From assembly GCA_963786105.1 (NCBI GenBank), contig CAWAXX010000025.1, positions 20,737 through 84,736 of the forward strand: 64,000 nucleotides of DNA. The letters run 5' to 3'. Below the pieces are notes generated by a model. The model worked only from the letters and a program-made list of their open reading frames with translations. It had not been told where the DNA came from and ran no database searches. Shown piece after piece: positions 28,165 to 41,519 of the stretch. Numbering within the stretch: the first letter of the stretch is position 1; each line of letters opens with the position of its first letter. Source of the DNA: Vulcanimicrobiota bacterium (GTDB lineage Bacteria; Vulcanimicrobiota; Vulcanimicrobiia; Vulcanimicrobiales; Vulcanimicrobiaceae). The position numbers and the translations under genes were made by a program.

Positions 28165-31100
28165 GTGTGGTTGACGCGCTTTGCCATAACTCGCCCGGTG
28201 GTTACCGCGATGGTTTTCATCGCGTTGGCTATTTTCGGGTGGATCGCTTTCGAGAAGCTGGGGCGCAGTAACGATCCGCCGGGCACGGCGTTTCCGATCG
28301 TCGTCGTCTTCGCCAACTATCCGGGCGCGTCGCCGCAAGAGATGGAACGGCTGGTCGTCAAGCCGATCGAAGATCAACTCGCCGACATCGACAACCTCGA
28401 TCAGCTCACCGCCACCGCCCAGGAAGGCGCGGCCTCGATCGGCGTTCAGTTCAAACTCGGCACGGATCTCAGCATGGCGGCCATCAACGTGCAGAGCGCC
28501 GTCGACACGGCGCGCGTCTACCTGCCGACCGATCTCGATCCGCCGCAGGTCTTTAAAAACGGCGCCTCCGAACCGTTGCTTGACATCGCCATCAGTTCCA
28601 AGGCGCTGGCGCCGACCGCCCTCGCCGATCTCGTCAATAATCGCGTACAGCCCCTGCTCAAGGCGATTCCCAACGTTCAGACCGTCGACGTGTACGGCGC
28701 GTCGGCGCGCGAGTTTCACGTCGAGCCGATTCCCGCCAAACTACTGGGCAGCGGCGCAACCCTTCGTGAAGTCTTCGCGGCGGTAGCCGCCAACAACGCG
28801 AACCTTCCGGGCGGCATTTTGCGCGAGCCGACGCAGGAGACGAGCGTCTCGGTTCACGCCGAAATCAACAACGCACAGGATCTGCTGAACATCCCGCTCC
28901 CCGTTCCCGGCATGTCGAGCAAGGCGATGCGGATCGGCGACGTCGCCGGGGCTTACGATTCGCACGTCGAGCCGACGTCGATCTCTCACTACAACGGCTT
29001 GCCCCGGCTGTACGTGGAGATGAGCCGGAACATCAACGCGGACGAGATCACGTCGACGAAAGTTGCACGCGAACATATCAAGCAGATCGAGGCGCAGTTC
29101 CCCGAACTCACCTTCAACGAAATCGACGCACCGGCCGATTACACGCAGCGGTCGCTCAACGGCGTGTGGCAGTCGCTCTTCGAAGGCATCCTCTTGACGA
29201 TGATCGTCATGATGCTCTTCCTGCATCTTTGGCGGAACGCCATCGTCGTCATGGTCTCGATTCCGACGTCGATTCTCTCGACGTTCATCTTGATGAATAT
29301 GTTCGGCTTCCACCTCGACACGATGTCCCTGATGGGACTTTCGCTAATCATCGGGATCTTGGTCGACGACTCGATCGTCGTGCTCGAAAACATTACGCGA
29401 CATCGAGATCTCGGCGAGGATCCGATGGATGCCGCCATCAACGGCCGCAGCGAGATCGGCGGCGCGGCGGTAGCCATCACGATGGTCGACGTCGTCGTCT
29501 TCCTGCCGATCGCGTTTCTGCCCGGCATCGTCGGCATGTATCTCAAAGAGTTCGGCGCGGTGATCGTCATCGCGACGCTCTTCTCGCTGTTCGTTTCGTT
29601 TACGCTAACGCCGCTGCTCGCGGCGAGGTGGAGCGTCCGGCAGCGTTCCCCCGGACGGCCGAAATGGCTGGACGCGCTGCGGTCGTGGAAGGTCATGGCC
29701 GCCATGCTGGGAGGCGCGCTGGTCGCCTACTTCGTCCCGTGGCAGATACTGGCTCTGCCCAAAGAACTCAACTTGGTCATTCCGGTCATGATCGTCGCGG
29801 TATTGATCCTCAACGCTTTCGTGCAGAACTACGAAGGCATTCTCGGCTGGTATAAAACGCGCGCTTTGGGCTTCGCGCTCGAGCACGGTTTGTTCGTCGT
29901 CTACGTCTGCGCGGTGCTCGTCGTCAACGCCCTCACGCTGGCCGCCGGAGCGGGCAGCGCCACGATCGTAGTGAACGTCCTGTTTTTAATCTTTGCCCTC
30001 GTTTGGCACGGCATCGGTTTCATGATGCGCCGGCGCGTTGCGAAGGAGAAGCTCGGCCTGCGGTGGTCGCGCTTGCCGCAATCGCGCTCGAAGATGCAGC
30101 GCGCGTTAAAGTGGGCCTCCGACGCGGGCGCGAACGCCGTGCGGCTCGCCGGCCAATGGTTTTATGCGACCGGCCGCGAGCGGCGGCTGACCGCGATCAC
30201 TTTAGCGATCCCGGTCGTGCTGGCGATCGTGTTTGCGGCGCTCGGTCCGATCAACTTCGATTTCGTCCCGGCCGTTCAAGACGGATCGATCTCGATGACG
30301 GTGACGTACCCTCCCGGGACGCCGCTGCTGGTGACGGAAAAATACGTGAGCCAGCTCGAGGAAGGCATCCTGAAGATCGACGGGCTCAAATCGGTCAGCT
30401 CGACCGTCGGCCGCAAGCCCGAGGGCTGGGGAACCGCGATCGGCGACAACTACGCACGGTTGAACGCGCAAACGACGGACGACCGCACCAAAGACACGTA
30501 CAAGATCATCGACGAGATCCGTCAGCTCAAGTATCTGGTTCCCGGGAGCGAGTTCCAAGTTGCCGGCGAAAGTGGCGGCGGCTCCGGCGCGGAGATCTTT
30601 TACTCGCTGTCCGGTCCTGAGGACGCGATCGGGCCGGGGGCGGAAAAGGTCGCCCAGTTCCTGCGCGATACGCCCGGCAGCGTGAACGTGCAAACGAGCA
30701 ACGAACTCGCCTCGCCGCGGCTCAACGTGAACGTCGACGCGCAAAAGGCCGAAGTGGTCGGCGTGGCGCCGGCCGACGCCGCCGCAGTCGCTCGCTTTGC
30801 GGTTGACGGCGCCGTAGCCACCAAAGTGCGAACGGATAACGGGCTGGTGGACGTGCGCGTACAGTTCCCGCTCGCCTACCGCTCCACCGTCGACGACCTC
30901 AGGGCGGTGCGCGTACGCGCGGAGGACGGCACCATCGTGCCGTTGTCGGACATCGCGAACTTCGTGTGGACGAAAGCCCCGGTACAAATCCAACGGCTCA
31001 ATCGTCAGCGCGTCGTCAACGTGTACGGCGGCGTTCTCCCCAGTTACTCGCTCGGCGCGGTTACCGGTCCGCTCGAGAAGAAACTGCATTCGCCCGGATT

Positions 31101-31737
31101 CCTTCCGGAAGGCGTCCAGCTCACGGCGCAGGGCGACACGCAGTACATGATCGAGACGTTGAATAATATGATGATCGCGCTGGCGACGTCCTTCATGCTC
31201 GTCTATATCCTGATGGTGATTCTCTACGGATCGTTTGTCGAGCCGTTCATCGTCATGTTCTCCGTCCCGCTCGCTATCATCGGCGCGCTGGTCGGGCTCG
31301 CGCTGATGCACCGCATCGAGCCCAACGCCGGACAGTCGCTCAACATCATTTCGATGATCGGCGTCGTGATGCTCTTTGGACTGGTGTCGAAAAACGGCAT
31401 CTTGTTGGTCGACTATTCGAACACGCTATGCCGTCGCGGCATGCGCGTGCGCGACGCCGTGTTGCAGGCTGCCGGGACGCGCTTTCGGCCCATCTTGATG
31501 ACGACGTGCGCTATGATCTTCGGCATGCTGCCGCTTTCGCTCGGTTTTGCGGAAGGCGGCGAGTGGCGACAAGCGATGGGCACGGTCATCATCGGCGGTC
31601 TGGCGAGCTCGTTGATCCTCACGCTGTTCCTAGTACCGATGATTTACAACACGTGGATCGGGTTCTTCGAGCGCAACGCGGACCGGCACGCCATCGAAGC
31701 CGAGATGTCGCAGCCCACGGCACCCGCTACGGCCTAG
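28165..31737 (+). CDS. RND efflux permease (AcrB/HAE1 family) with a membrane insertion
   Basis: YPGASPQEME, ILVDDSIVV.ENI, SKNGIL.VD, RFRPILMTT; 1190 aa. Confidence 0.93.
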   Translation: MWLTRFAITRPVVTAMVFIALAIFGWIAFEKLGRSNDPPGTAFPIVVVFANYPGASPQEMERLVVKPIEDQLADIDNLDQLTATAQEGAASIGVQFKLGTDLSMAAINVQSAVDTARVYLPTDLDPPQVFKNGASEPLLDIAISSKALAPTALADLVNNRVQPLLKAIPNVQTVDVYGASAREFHVEPIPAKLLGSGATLREVFAAVAANNANLPGGILREPTQETSVSVHAEINNAQDLLNIPLPVPGMSSKAMRIGDVAGAYDSHVEPTSISHYNGLPRLYVEMSRNINADEITSTKVAREHIKQIEAQFPELTFNEIDAPADYTQRSLNGVWQSLFEGILLTMIVMMLFLHLWRNAIVVMVSIPTSILSTFILMNMFGFHLDTMSLMGLSLIIGILVDDSIVVLENITRHRDLGEDPMDAAINGRSEIGGAAVAITMVDVVVFLPIAFLPGIVGMYLKEFGAVIVIATLFSLFVSFTLTPLLAARWSVRQRSPGRPKWLDALRSWKVMAAMLGGALVAYFVPWQILALPKELNLVIPVMIVAVLILNAFVQNYEGILGWYKTRALGFALEHGLFVVYVCAVLVVNALTLAAGAGSATIVVNVLFLIFALVWHGIGFMMRRRVAKEKLGLRWSRLPQSRSKMQRALKWASDAGANAVRLAGQWFYATGRERRLTAITLAIPVVLAIVFAALGPINFDFVPAVQDGSISMTVTYPPGTPLLVTEKYVSQLEEGILKIDGLKSVSSTVGRKPEGWGTAIGDNYARLNAQTTDDRTKDTYKIIDEIRQLKYLVPGSEFQVAGESGGGSGAEIFYSLSGPEDAIGPGAEKVAQFLRDTPGSVNVQTSNELASPRLNVNVDAQKAEVVGVAPADAAAVARFAVDGAVATKVRTDNGLVDVRVQFPLAYRSTVDDLRAVRVRAEDGTIVPLSDIANFVWTKAPVQIQRLNRQRVVNVYGGVLPSYSLGAVTGPLEKKLHSPGFLPEGVQLTAQGDTQYMIETLNNMMIALATSFMLVYILMVILYGSFVEPFIVMFSVPLAIIGALVGLALMHRIEPNAGQSLNIISMIGVVMLFGLVSKNGILLVDYSNTLCRRGMRVRDAVLQAAGTRFRPILMTTCAMIFGMLPLSLGFAEGGEWRQAMGTVIIGGLASSLILTLFLVPMIYNTWIGFFERNADRHAIEAEMSQPTAPATA

Positions 31738-31791
31738 CGCCCGCCGCCGGGCCGCGTTTAGGGGCGAGCAAGCGCGGGTAAACATCCGGCG

Positions 31792-32523
31792 ATGCACGCA
31801 CTTCGAAAGTTTACAATGGCGGCGCTCGCACTCGGCCTGGCCGCCGCGCCGCTCGTTATCGCCGCTCAATCGGTCACCGTCGTCGTCAACGGACAGGTGA
31901 TGAACTTCGATCAACCGCCGATTCTTCAAGCCGGGCGCGTTTTCGTGCCGCTTCGGGGGATCTTCGAGCAGCTTGGAGCCAGCGTCGTTTACGCGAACGG
32001 TCAGATCAACGCGACCGGCCGGGGACGTACCGTCTCGCTCACGATCGGCTCGACGCAGGCGACGGTCGACGGACAACCTCAAACGTTGGACGTGGCGCCG
32101 TTCGTCGTAGGTGCCCGCACGCTGGTCCCCCTGCGCTTCATCGCGCAGTCGCTTGGCGCCACGGTTAACTGGAACGATTCGACCAGCACCGTCACGATCA
32201 ACGGCGGGAAAGGAGGCGGGCCTGTGCCGGCGCCGCCACCCGCCGGAGCGGTCTCGTTGACGACCCGGTGGCCGACGGGTACCGTCTACAACCACTATCC
32301 GCAGATCCGCTTTCAGCTGAACCGGCCCGTCCGGATCGGCAGCTTCCAACTGCTGCTCGACGGACGCGACATCACCGGCGGGCTTCAAAGCAACGCGCAG
32401 TTCTACTACGCGCCCGTTCCGTGGTCGCTGACGATGGGCAACCACCGCGTCCGGGTTTACGGCCGCACCGTCGGTGGCGTCCCGTTCGATCTGAACTGGA
32501 CCTTCTACCAGGGGAGCTACTAA
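31792..32523 (+). CDS. Secreted copper amine oxidase N-terminal (stalk) domain protein with an Ig-like C-terminus
   Basis: Signal peptide; GRVFVPLRGIFEQLGA and RTLVPLRFIAQSLGATVNW. Confidence 0.85.
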   Translation: MHALRKFTMAALALGLAAAPLVIAAQSVTVVVNGQVMNFDQPPILQAGRVFVPLRGIFEQLGASVVYANGQINATGRGRTVSLTIGSTQATVDGQPQTLDVAPFVVGARTLVPLRFIAQSLGATVNWNDSTSTVTINGGKGGGPVPAPPPAGAVSLTTRWPTGTVYNHYPQIRFQLNRPVRIGSFQLLLDGRDITGGLQSNAQFYYAPVPWSLTMGNHRVRVYGRTVGGVPFDLNWTFYQGSY

Positions 32524-32582
32524 GAGCGACGGCGCCTCATCCTAGCCGGGGAACCGCCGGTACGCGCTGAAACGGTTTTCCG

Positions 32583-33337
32583 ATGAAACGCCGTGCGCTG
32601 GTGACCGGGGCGGCAGCCGGCCTAGCGGCCGGCGTAGCGGCGGCCTTGCCCGCCGCCGGGTTCGAACGCGTGGCGATTACGTATCGCGCAACCCTCCCAA
32701 CGCAAACGCTGGCGGCCATCGAATCCGCGGGCGCGTCCGCCGGCGCCGCGCGCGTCGATTTTCTCGACGACGAGGCGACGGTTTCTGCCGCTCTTGACGA
32801 GCTGGTCCGCAACTGCGGACCGTTCGATACCCTGGTTCACGGAATCGGTCCACTGATCCTCAAGCGTTTCGAACGACTGACGATGGACGACTACCGCGAA
32901 ACCTTCGACGGCAACGTTCGCAGCGCGGTACTGGCAACGCGCTCGGTCATTGCGGGAATGCGGTCGGCAAACTTCGGACGCATCGTTTTCTTCGCGATGC
33001 TCGGCTCGGGCCAAACGCAACCGTTTCGCGGGTTTTCGTTCTATCAGGGTGCCAAGAGCGCGTTGGTGGCATTCGCACGCTGCTTGGCTATCGAAGAAGC
33101 ACGTCACGGGATTACGATCAACGTCGTTGCTCCCGGCGACATTCGGCAAAAGTCGCTCCCACGTGCTGAAGCGCTTGCACGTGAGGGTGCCAATCCACGC
33201 GGCCGGCCGGGCAGCTACGAAGACGTTTCCGACGCGGTGCGCTTTTTGGTCGCGCGAGACCGCGATTTCGTCACCGGAGCCGTGTTGGACGTCACCGGGG
33301 GGTTGACGCAAGCCGACGAGCGAAACGAACCCGCTCG

Positions 33338-33341
<4 letters not shown>
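32583..33341 (+). CDS. SDR family oxidoreductase
   Basis: ALVTGAAAGLA, YQGAK (YxxxK), INVVAPG, VTGAVLDVTGG. Confidence 0.88.
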
Positions 33342-35898
<2,557 letters not shown>

Positions 35899-37248
35899 AC
35901 GCAGAATCGTCGCGTTCGCTCTGGTCTGCACCGCAATCGTGCTCGTGGGATGGAGCTGGAACCGAACGCGGCCTTCAGGCGTCTTCGAACCGCATCCGGC
36001 GAGCGTCTCCGCGCCCGTCGGCAGAGCGCCGAAACCGGCGCTTGCGAACCCTTCGTGGCAAGCGCGGGACGTCGCGCGATTGCGTGGAGCGCTGCACGGC
36101 GCATTCGCGCCGGCTCTGTCGGGCGCGCGGCGGTGGAGCCTCGTCGTGCTCGACTCCGGCGGCCGCACGATATACGACGATCGCGCGCTGGTGGCGGTGG
36201 CGCCGGCCAGCGTTCAGAAACTGATCGTGGCTGCGGCCGCCATCGACGTTCTCGGCTCGGGATTCCGCTACCACACCGTTTTTGCGTCGCAAAATGCCAT
36301 TGCGGGCGACGGATCCCTCGAGGGCAATCTCTGGCTGGCGGGCTCGGGCGATCCATCCCTGCGCGGCAGCGACGTGCGCGCCGGCGTCGCCGCACTCGAA
36401 CGAGGCGGTCTGCGAAGCATTTCGGGAAGCGTTGCCGTCGACTCGACGGCGCTGCAAGGGCCCGAACTGAATCCTCATTGGGATCGCGACGATGCGAGCG
36501 AGGACTATGCCGCGCCTACGAACGCCCTGTCTATCGACGGCGATACGATCGAGTCGCAGAAGATCGTCGGCGGTATCCAAGAGCGGTTTTGGACTCCGGT
36601 GCACGACGTACCGCGCTACGCCGCAACCATGATCGAGCAAATGCTTCGGCAACGCAACATATCCATTGGAGCACGGCCCATCGTCGCTCGTTCACCGCTC
36701 GATTCGCTGGTGCTGTGGGATCATCGCTCCGCCACGTTGCGCGCGCTCGAAACGCACATGCTATTCTTCTCCGACAACCACTACGCCGAACAGTTGCTTC
36801 GCACGCTAGGAGGCGAGGGCGGCGCCACGGCCGACGATGCGGGCGGTTTGGCGGTGGAGCGCAACTTTCTGAGCGAGCGTGGAATACCGGATCCGGGTTT
36901 GCGCCTCGACGACGGAAGCGGCTTGTCGGCCGAAAATCGCGTCGCGGGAATCACGCTCGCGCGAGTTCTTTCCGACGCACAGCTCCGCGGCGGAGACTCG
37001 TCGTTGTATCCGCTCCTTCCCCAAGGCGGCCGTGAAGGGACCCTGCGCGACTACGATTTCACGACCGCACTCGGGCGGGTTCGCGCAAAGAGCGGCCACA
37101 TCAGCGGCGTGTCGTCGCTCGCGGGATACGCAAATACGGCGCGCCACGGTCGCGTGGCGTTTGCGTTTTTGATCAACGGTTCGCCCGGCGATCCCGACGC
37201 CGCCATCGTGCGCGCCGTCGATCGACTGGCGACGTTTTGAGGTCGTCG

Positions 37249-38670
37249 ATGCTTGATGAAGTGCTGGAGGAATCCGTTCTCGCGCGCCTGATCGGTCGTG
37301 CGCTCCGACGCGGCGGCGAGTTCGCGGACGTTTTTTGCGAGCGGCGCAACGCGCAGTCGTTTCGCCTTCAGGACGGGCGCATTCACGAGGCCTCATGCGG
37401 CGTCACGCTCGGCGTCGGTATTCGGGTCATCGCCGGCGAGTCGGCAGGATATGCGTATTCCGACGACTTGAGCCTCGAGGCGTTGATGCAGGCGGCCGAC
37501 GCGGCGTCGCTGATCTCGCGCGGAGCTTCGAGCACAAGCGGGGGGAGTGCGGACCTTTGTCGGCAGGACGTTGCGTCGTGGTACGACGGGGCCGGCGACG
37601 GTCGTGCCGGTTCGGCGCGATTCGTCGCGCTGCTCGAACGAGCCGACGTCGCCGCCCGTGCGTTCGACCCGCGCGTGGTCGCAGTCAACGCGCACGTTGC
37701 CGAGGAACTGCAGGAGGTTTGGATCGCCAACAGCGACGGACGATTCGTGCACGACCGCCGGCCGATGATCACGCTTGGAGTGCAAGTCGTCGCCAGCGAT
37801 GCGAAGGAGCGCGGCTCCGGTTATGCCGGCGACGGCGGTCGAACGTCGATCGCCTACTTCGACCAATGCTCGCCTGAGGCGCTCGCAACGGATGCCGCCA
37901 GAATCGCCTTGGTGAACGTATCGGCAATCCCGGCTCCGGCGGGGGAGATGGCTATGGTGGTCGGCGCGGGCGGCGGCGGCGTTTTGTTGCACGAAGCCGT
38001 CGGGCACGGACTCGAGAGCGACTTCAATCGGCGCGGCACGTCGCTGTACAGCGGCCGCGTCGGAGAGCGGGTCGCGAGCGAACTCGTGACGATTTACGAC
38101 GACGGCGATCTTCCGGAGGAGCGCGGCAGCCTCAACGTCGACGACGAAGGTGTGGCCGGACAGCATAAAGTGCTGGTAGAAAACGGCGTACTCCGCGGGT
38201 ACATGCAAGATTTACTGAACGCTCGTTTGATGGGAGTGCGATCCACGGGCAGCGGTCGCCGGCAGTCTTTTCGCTTTCTGCCTCAACCGCGCATGTGCAA
38301 TACGTACATGCCCGGCGGCACCTCGTCGGTCGAGGAGATTCTGGCATCGACCAAGCGCGGACTGTACGCGAAGTCGTTTGCGGGCGGTCAAGTGGAGATC
38401 AGCAAGGGCGACTTCGTGTTCATGGTCGGCGAAGGGTATCTCGTCGAAAACGGCAAGATGACCGCGCCGGTGAAAAACGCTACCATCGTCGGAAATGGGC
38501 CCGATGCGATGACGAAAGTAACGGCGGTGGCCAACGATAGCCGGCTGGCTCGCCGTCACTACACGTGCGGGAAAGGCGGCCAGTACGTACCCGTCGGCGT
38601 CGGGATGCCGACCGTCAAGATCTCGTCGATCACCGTCGGGGGAACGCGACCCGAGAGCGGTCCCTCGTGA
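37249..38670 (+). CDS. tldD: TldD metalloprotease subunit
   Basis: HEAVGHGLESD, GRRQS...PRM.NT, CGKGGQ.VPV.VG.P. Confidence 0.93.
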   Translation: MLDEVLEESVLARLIGRALRRGGEFADVFCERRNAQSFRLQDGRIHEASCGVTLGVGIRVIAGESAGYAYSDDLSLEALMQAADAASLISRGASSTSGGSADLCRQDVASWYDGAGDGRAGSARFVALLERADVAARAFDPRVVAVNAHVAEELQEVWIANSDGRFVHDRRPMITLGVQVVASDAKERGSGYAGDGGRTSIAYFDQCSPEALATDAARIALVNVSAIPAPAGEMAMVVGAGGGGVLLHEAVGHGLESDFNRRGTSLYSGRVGERVASELVTIYDDGDLPEERGSLNVDDEGVAGQHKVLVENGVLRGYMQDLLNARLMGVRSTGSGRRQSFRFLPQPRMCNTYMPGGTSSVEEILASTKRGLYAKSFAGGQVEISKGDFVFMVGEGYLVENGKMTAPVKNATIVGNGPDAMTKVTAVANDSRLARRHYTCGKGGQYVPVGVGMPTVKISSITVGGTRPESGPS

Positions 38671-39998
38671 ATGAAACGCACGCCCTGGAAGCTGCCGAGC
38701 GCGCTATCGCGGCAGCGACCTCCGCTGGAGCCGATGCGGCCGAAGCCACCGTTTCGATCGTGCGGCGCTTTCACGTCGAAGCGCGCGAGAGCGTCGTTTC
38801 AAAGCTCGAACAGTCGACTGGCAAATCGCTGCACTTGCGCGTATTTGTCGACGGTCGCAAGGCGTCGCTGACGACCACCGATTTGTCGCTCGAGGGGCTG
38901 GGCGGCGCGGTCGATCGAACGATGACGCGCGCCGGTCACGTCGCGTCCGACGCGCTGGCCGGTCTGCCGGAGGAGTTCGCCGCCGATCTCCCCACGCTCG
39001 AACTGCACGATCGCCGCATAGAAACGCGCGGTGGCGAGGAAAAGATCGAAGAGGCCTTGGCACTCGAACGTCTCGTTCGCGCGGCCGACACGCGCATCGT
39101 CAATTCGAGCGGGTCGCACTACGCCGACGCATCGTCGGTCACCGCCATCGCAAACTCCGCCGGATTTGCCGCTTCGTACGCGTCGACGCGGGCGAGCCGT
39201 TCGACCGGTCCGGTCGCCGTTGATGGCACGGTGAAGCGGACGGCGCATTACGGAACGGCCGCGCGCCACTTCGCCGAGCTCGAAGGCTCGGCAGCGGTTG
39301 CGCGGACCGCGGCACGTCGCGCGGTCGAACTCTTCGGAGCGAGAAAACCCGCGACCATGCGCGTGCCGGTCATCTTCGAGCGGGACGTGGCCTCGAGCAT
39401 TTTGGACGATTTCTTTGCGGCGGTTTCCGCTGCCAACGTTGCGACCGGCAACTCCTGGCTGATCGACCGGCTCGGAACCAGGGTCGGCAGCCGCCACGTC
39501 AACGTCGTCGACGACGGTCGTATCGAAGGTAAACTCGGAAGCGCACCTTTCGACGGAGAAGGCGTCGCGACACGCCGGACTGCGGTGCTCGAAGGAGGGC
39601 TCCTACGGACCTTTTTGTACGACACCTACTATGCGCGCAAACTCGGCGCCGCCAGCACCGGCAATTCCAACGGCAGCGGGGTCGGATCCAACAACTTCTA
39701 CCTCGAACCCGGGGAGCCGTCCCTCGAGGAACTCGTGGCGGCGACGCCGCGAGGCATTCTGGTGCTCGACACCATCGGCTTTGCAACCGAGCACGCCTCG
39801 GGTACCTACAGCCGCGGCGCGCGCGGCTTTTTCATCGAGGGCGGCGAACTCGCCTATCCGATCGACGAATTCACCATCGCGGGTGCGTACGTCGACATGC
39901 TGGCGGGGATCGATGCCGTCGCCAACGATTTACGGTTCGACGGCGCCGTCGTCTCGCCGTCGTTCCGAGTAGCGGAAATGACGATTAGCGGCAACTAG
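38667..39998 (+). CDS. pmbA: TldE/PmbA subunit
   Basis: FDGEGVAT, STGN, YSRGARGF, TIAG; no HExxH; overlaps the tldD stop (GTGA). Confidence 0.9.
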   Translation: MNETHALEAAERAIAAATSAGADAAEATVSIVRRFHVEARESVVSKLEQSTGKSLHLRVFVDGRKASLTTTDLSLEGLGGAVDRTMTRAGHVASDALAGLPEEFAADLPTLELHDRRIETRGGEEKIEEALALERLVRAADTRIVNSSGSHYADASSVTAIANSAGFAASYASTRASRSTGPVAVDGTVKRTAHYGTAARHFAELEGSAAVARTAARRAVELFGARKPATMRVPVIFERDVASSILDDFFAAVSAANVATGNSWLIDRLGTRVGSRHVNVVDDGRIEGKLGSAPFDGEGVATRRTAVLEGGLLRTFLYDTYYARKLGAASTGNSNGSGVGSNNFYLEPGEPSLEELVAATPRGILVLDTIGFATEHASGTYSRGARGFFIEGGELAYPIDEFTIAGAYVDMLAGIDAVANDLRFDGAVVSPSFRVAEMTISGN

Positions 39999-40033
39999 CG
40001 CCCCGAAGTGGGGCGCGCAACGGAGGCCAGAGG

Positions 40034-41476
40034 ATGCCAATTCAGGCGATCAGTTTTACCGTCATCATGCGCATCGAAATGCCGAACGAGCCAGGCGCTT
40101 TCGGCGTTTTGACCAACGCGATCGGCGATGCCGGTGGAACGATTGCGGCCGTCGACATGCACTCGGTCAGCAAGACGCATATGATGCGCGACGTTACGAT
40201 CAACGTCGCGTCGGACGCGGTCGCCAACGAAGTGCGGAGCGCCGTCGAGGGGATCGAGGGCGCGCGCATCATCTTTGCCTCGGACTCCACCTTCTTGGCG
40301 CACATCGGCGGCAAGATTCGCATCGAGTCGAAGATGCCGTTGAAAAGCCGTCAGGACCTTTCGACCGTCTACACGCCGGGCGTCGCGCGAGTCTCAATGG
40401 CGATTGCCGCCGATCCGGCCAAAGCGTTTCAGCTGACGATCAAGCGCAACTTAGTCGCCGTCGTCACCGACGGAACGGCGGTGCTGGGCCTGGGCGACAT
40501 CGGACCTCTCGGCGCGCTGCCCGTGATGGAAGGCAAGGTTATGCTTTTCCGGCAGTTTGCCGGCATCGACGCGTTCCCGATCTGCCTCGATACCAAAGAT
40601 GTCGACGAAATCGTCGAAACGGTTCAGCGAATCGCGCCGGTCTTCGGCGGAATCAACTTGGAGGACATCAGCGCTCCACGCTGCTTCGAAGTCGAAGAAC
40701 GATTGATCGAGGCTCTCGACATTCCCGTAATGCACGACGATCAGCACGGAACGGCGGTCGTCATTCTTGCCGCCCTCATCAATGCGGCTGCGGTAGTGGG
40801 AAAGCGTCTCGAGGACTTGCGCATCGTCGTTTCGGGAAGCGGCGCGGCCGGGACGGCGACCATCAAGATGCTTCTCGGCGCCGGAGTTCGCGACGTCATC
40901 CCGGTCGACCGCAGCGGCGCACTCAATCGCGAAGACCGATACGAAAACCCGCAGTGGCGCTGGCTCGCCGAACACTGCAACCGAGAGAACCGGCGCGGTT
41001 CGCTGGCCGAGGTTCTCGAGGGAGTCGACGTGTTCATCGGCGTTTCCGCTCCGGGCATCTTGCAGCCCGAGCACATCGCTCGGATGGCACGAGATCCGAT
41101 CGTCTTTGCGATGGCAAATCCTACCCCGGAGATCATGCCCGACGTCGCAGCGCCGGTAGCAGCGGTCATCGCGACGGGACGTTCGGACTTCCCCAACCAG
41201 GTCAATAATTTGCTGGCGTTTCCGGGAATCTTCCGCGGCGCTCTCGACGTGCGCGCCCGCCGTATCACCGAACGCATGAAACTGGCGGCGGCATTTGCCA
41301 TCGCCGGCATCGTCACCGACGACGAGCGCAATCCCGAGTACATCATTCCGAGCGTTTTCGACGTGCGGGTGGTGGACGCGGTCGCCAAAGCGGTGGCGAC
41401 GGCGGCGATGGAAGAAGGCGTTGCGCGCCGGACGCTCGTCAAGAACGAGGGCGAGGACCTTGCGGCGAGCGTGTAG
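40034..41476 (+). CDS. NAD(P)-dependent malic enzyme with an N-terminal ACT domain
   Basis: VYTPGVA, PVMEGK, NLEDI, HDDQHGTA, GSGAAG, FAMANP.PEI, NQVNN.LAFPG. Confidence 0.94.
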   Translation: MPIQAISFTVIMRIEMPNEPGAFGVLTNAIGDAGGTIAAVDMHSVSKTHMMRDVTINVASDAVANEVRSAVEGIEGARIIFASDSTFLAHIGGKIRIESKMPLKSRQDLSTVYTPGVARVSMAIAADPAKAFQLTIKRNLVAVVTDGTAVLGLGDIGPLGALPVMEGKVMLFRQFAGIDAFPICLDTKDVDEIVETVQRIAPVFGGINLEDISAPRCFEVEERLIEALDIPVMHDDQHGTAVVILAALINAAAVVGKRLEDLRIVVSGSGAAGTATIKMLLGAGVRDVIPVDRSGALNREDRYENPQWRWLAEHCNRENRRGSLAEVLEGVDVFIGVSAPGILQPEHIARMARDPIVFAMANPTPEIMPDVAAPVAAVIATGRSDFPNQVNNLLAFPGIFRGALDVRARRITERMKLAAAFAIAGIVTDDERNPEYIIPSVFDVRVVDAVAKAVATAAMEEGVARRTLVKNEGEDLAASV

Positions 41477-41519
41477 GTTCGCGGCCTTCAGCGGTGCGTC
41501 ATAGGGTGATGGTGCCGCC

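Noticed and set aside
27877..28165. tRNA-Leu as the integration site of an island
   Set aside because: No duplicated tRNA 3' end, no adjacent integrase and no obvious compositional shift downstream.
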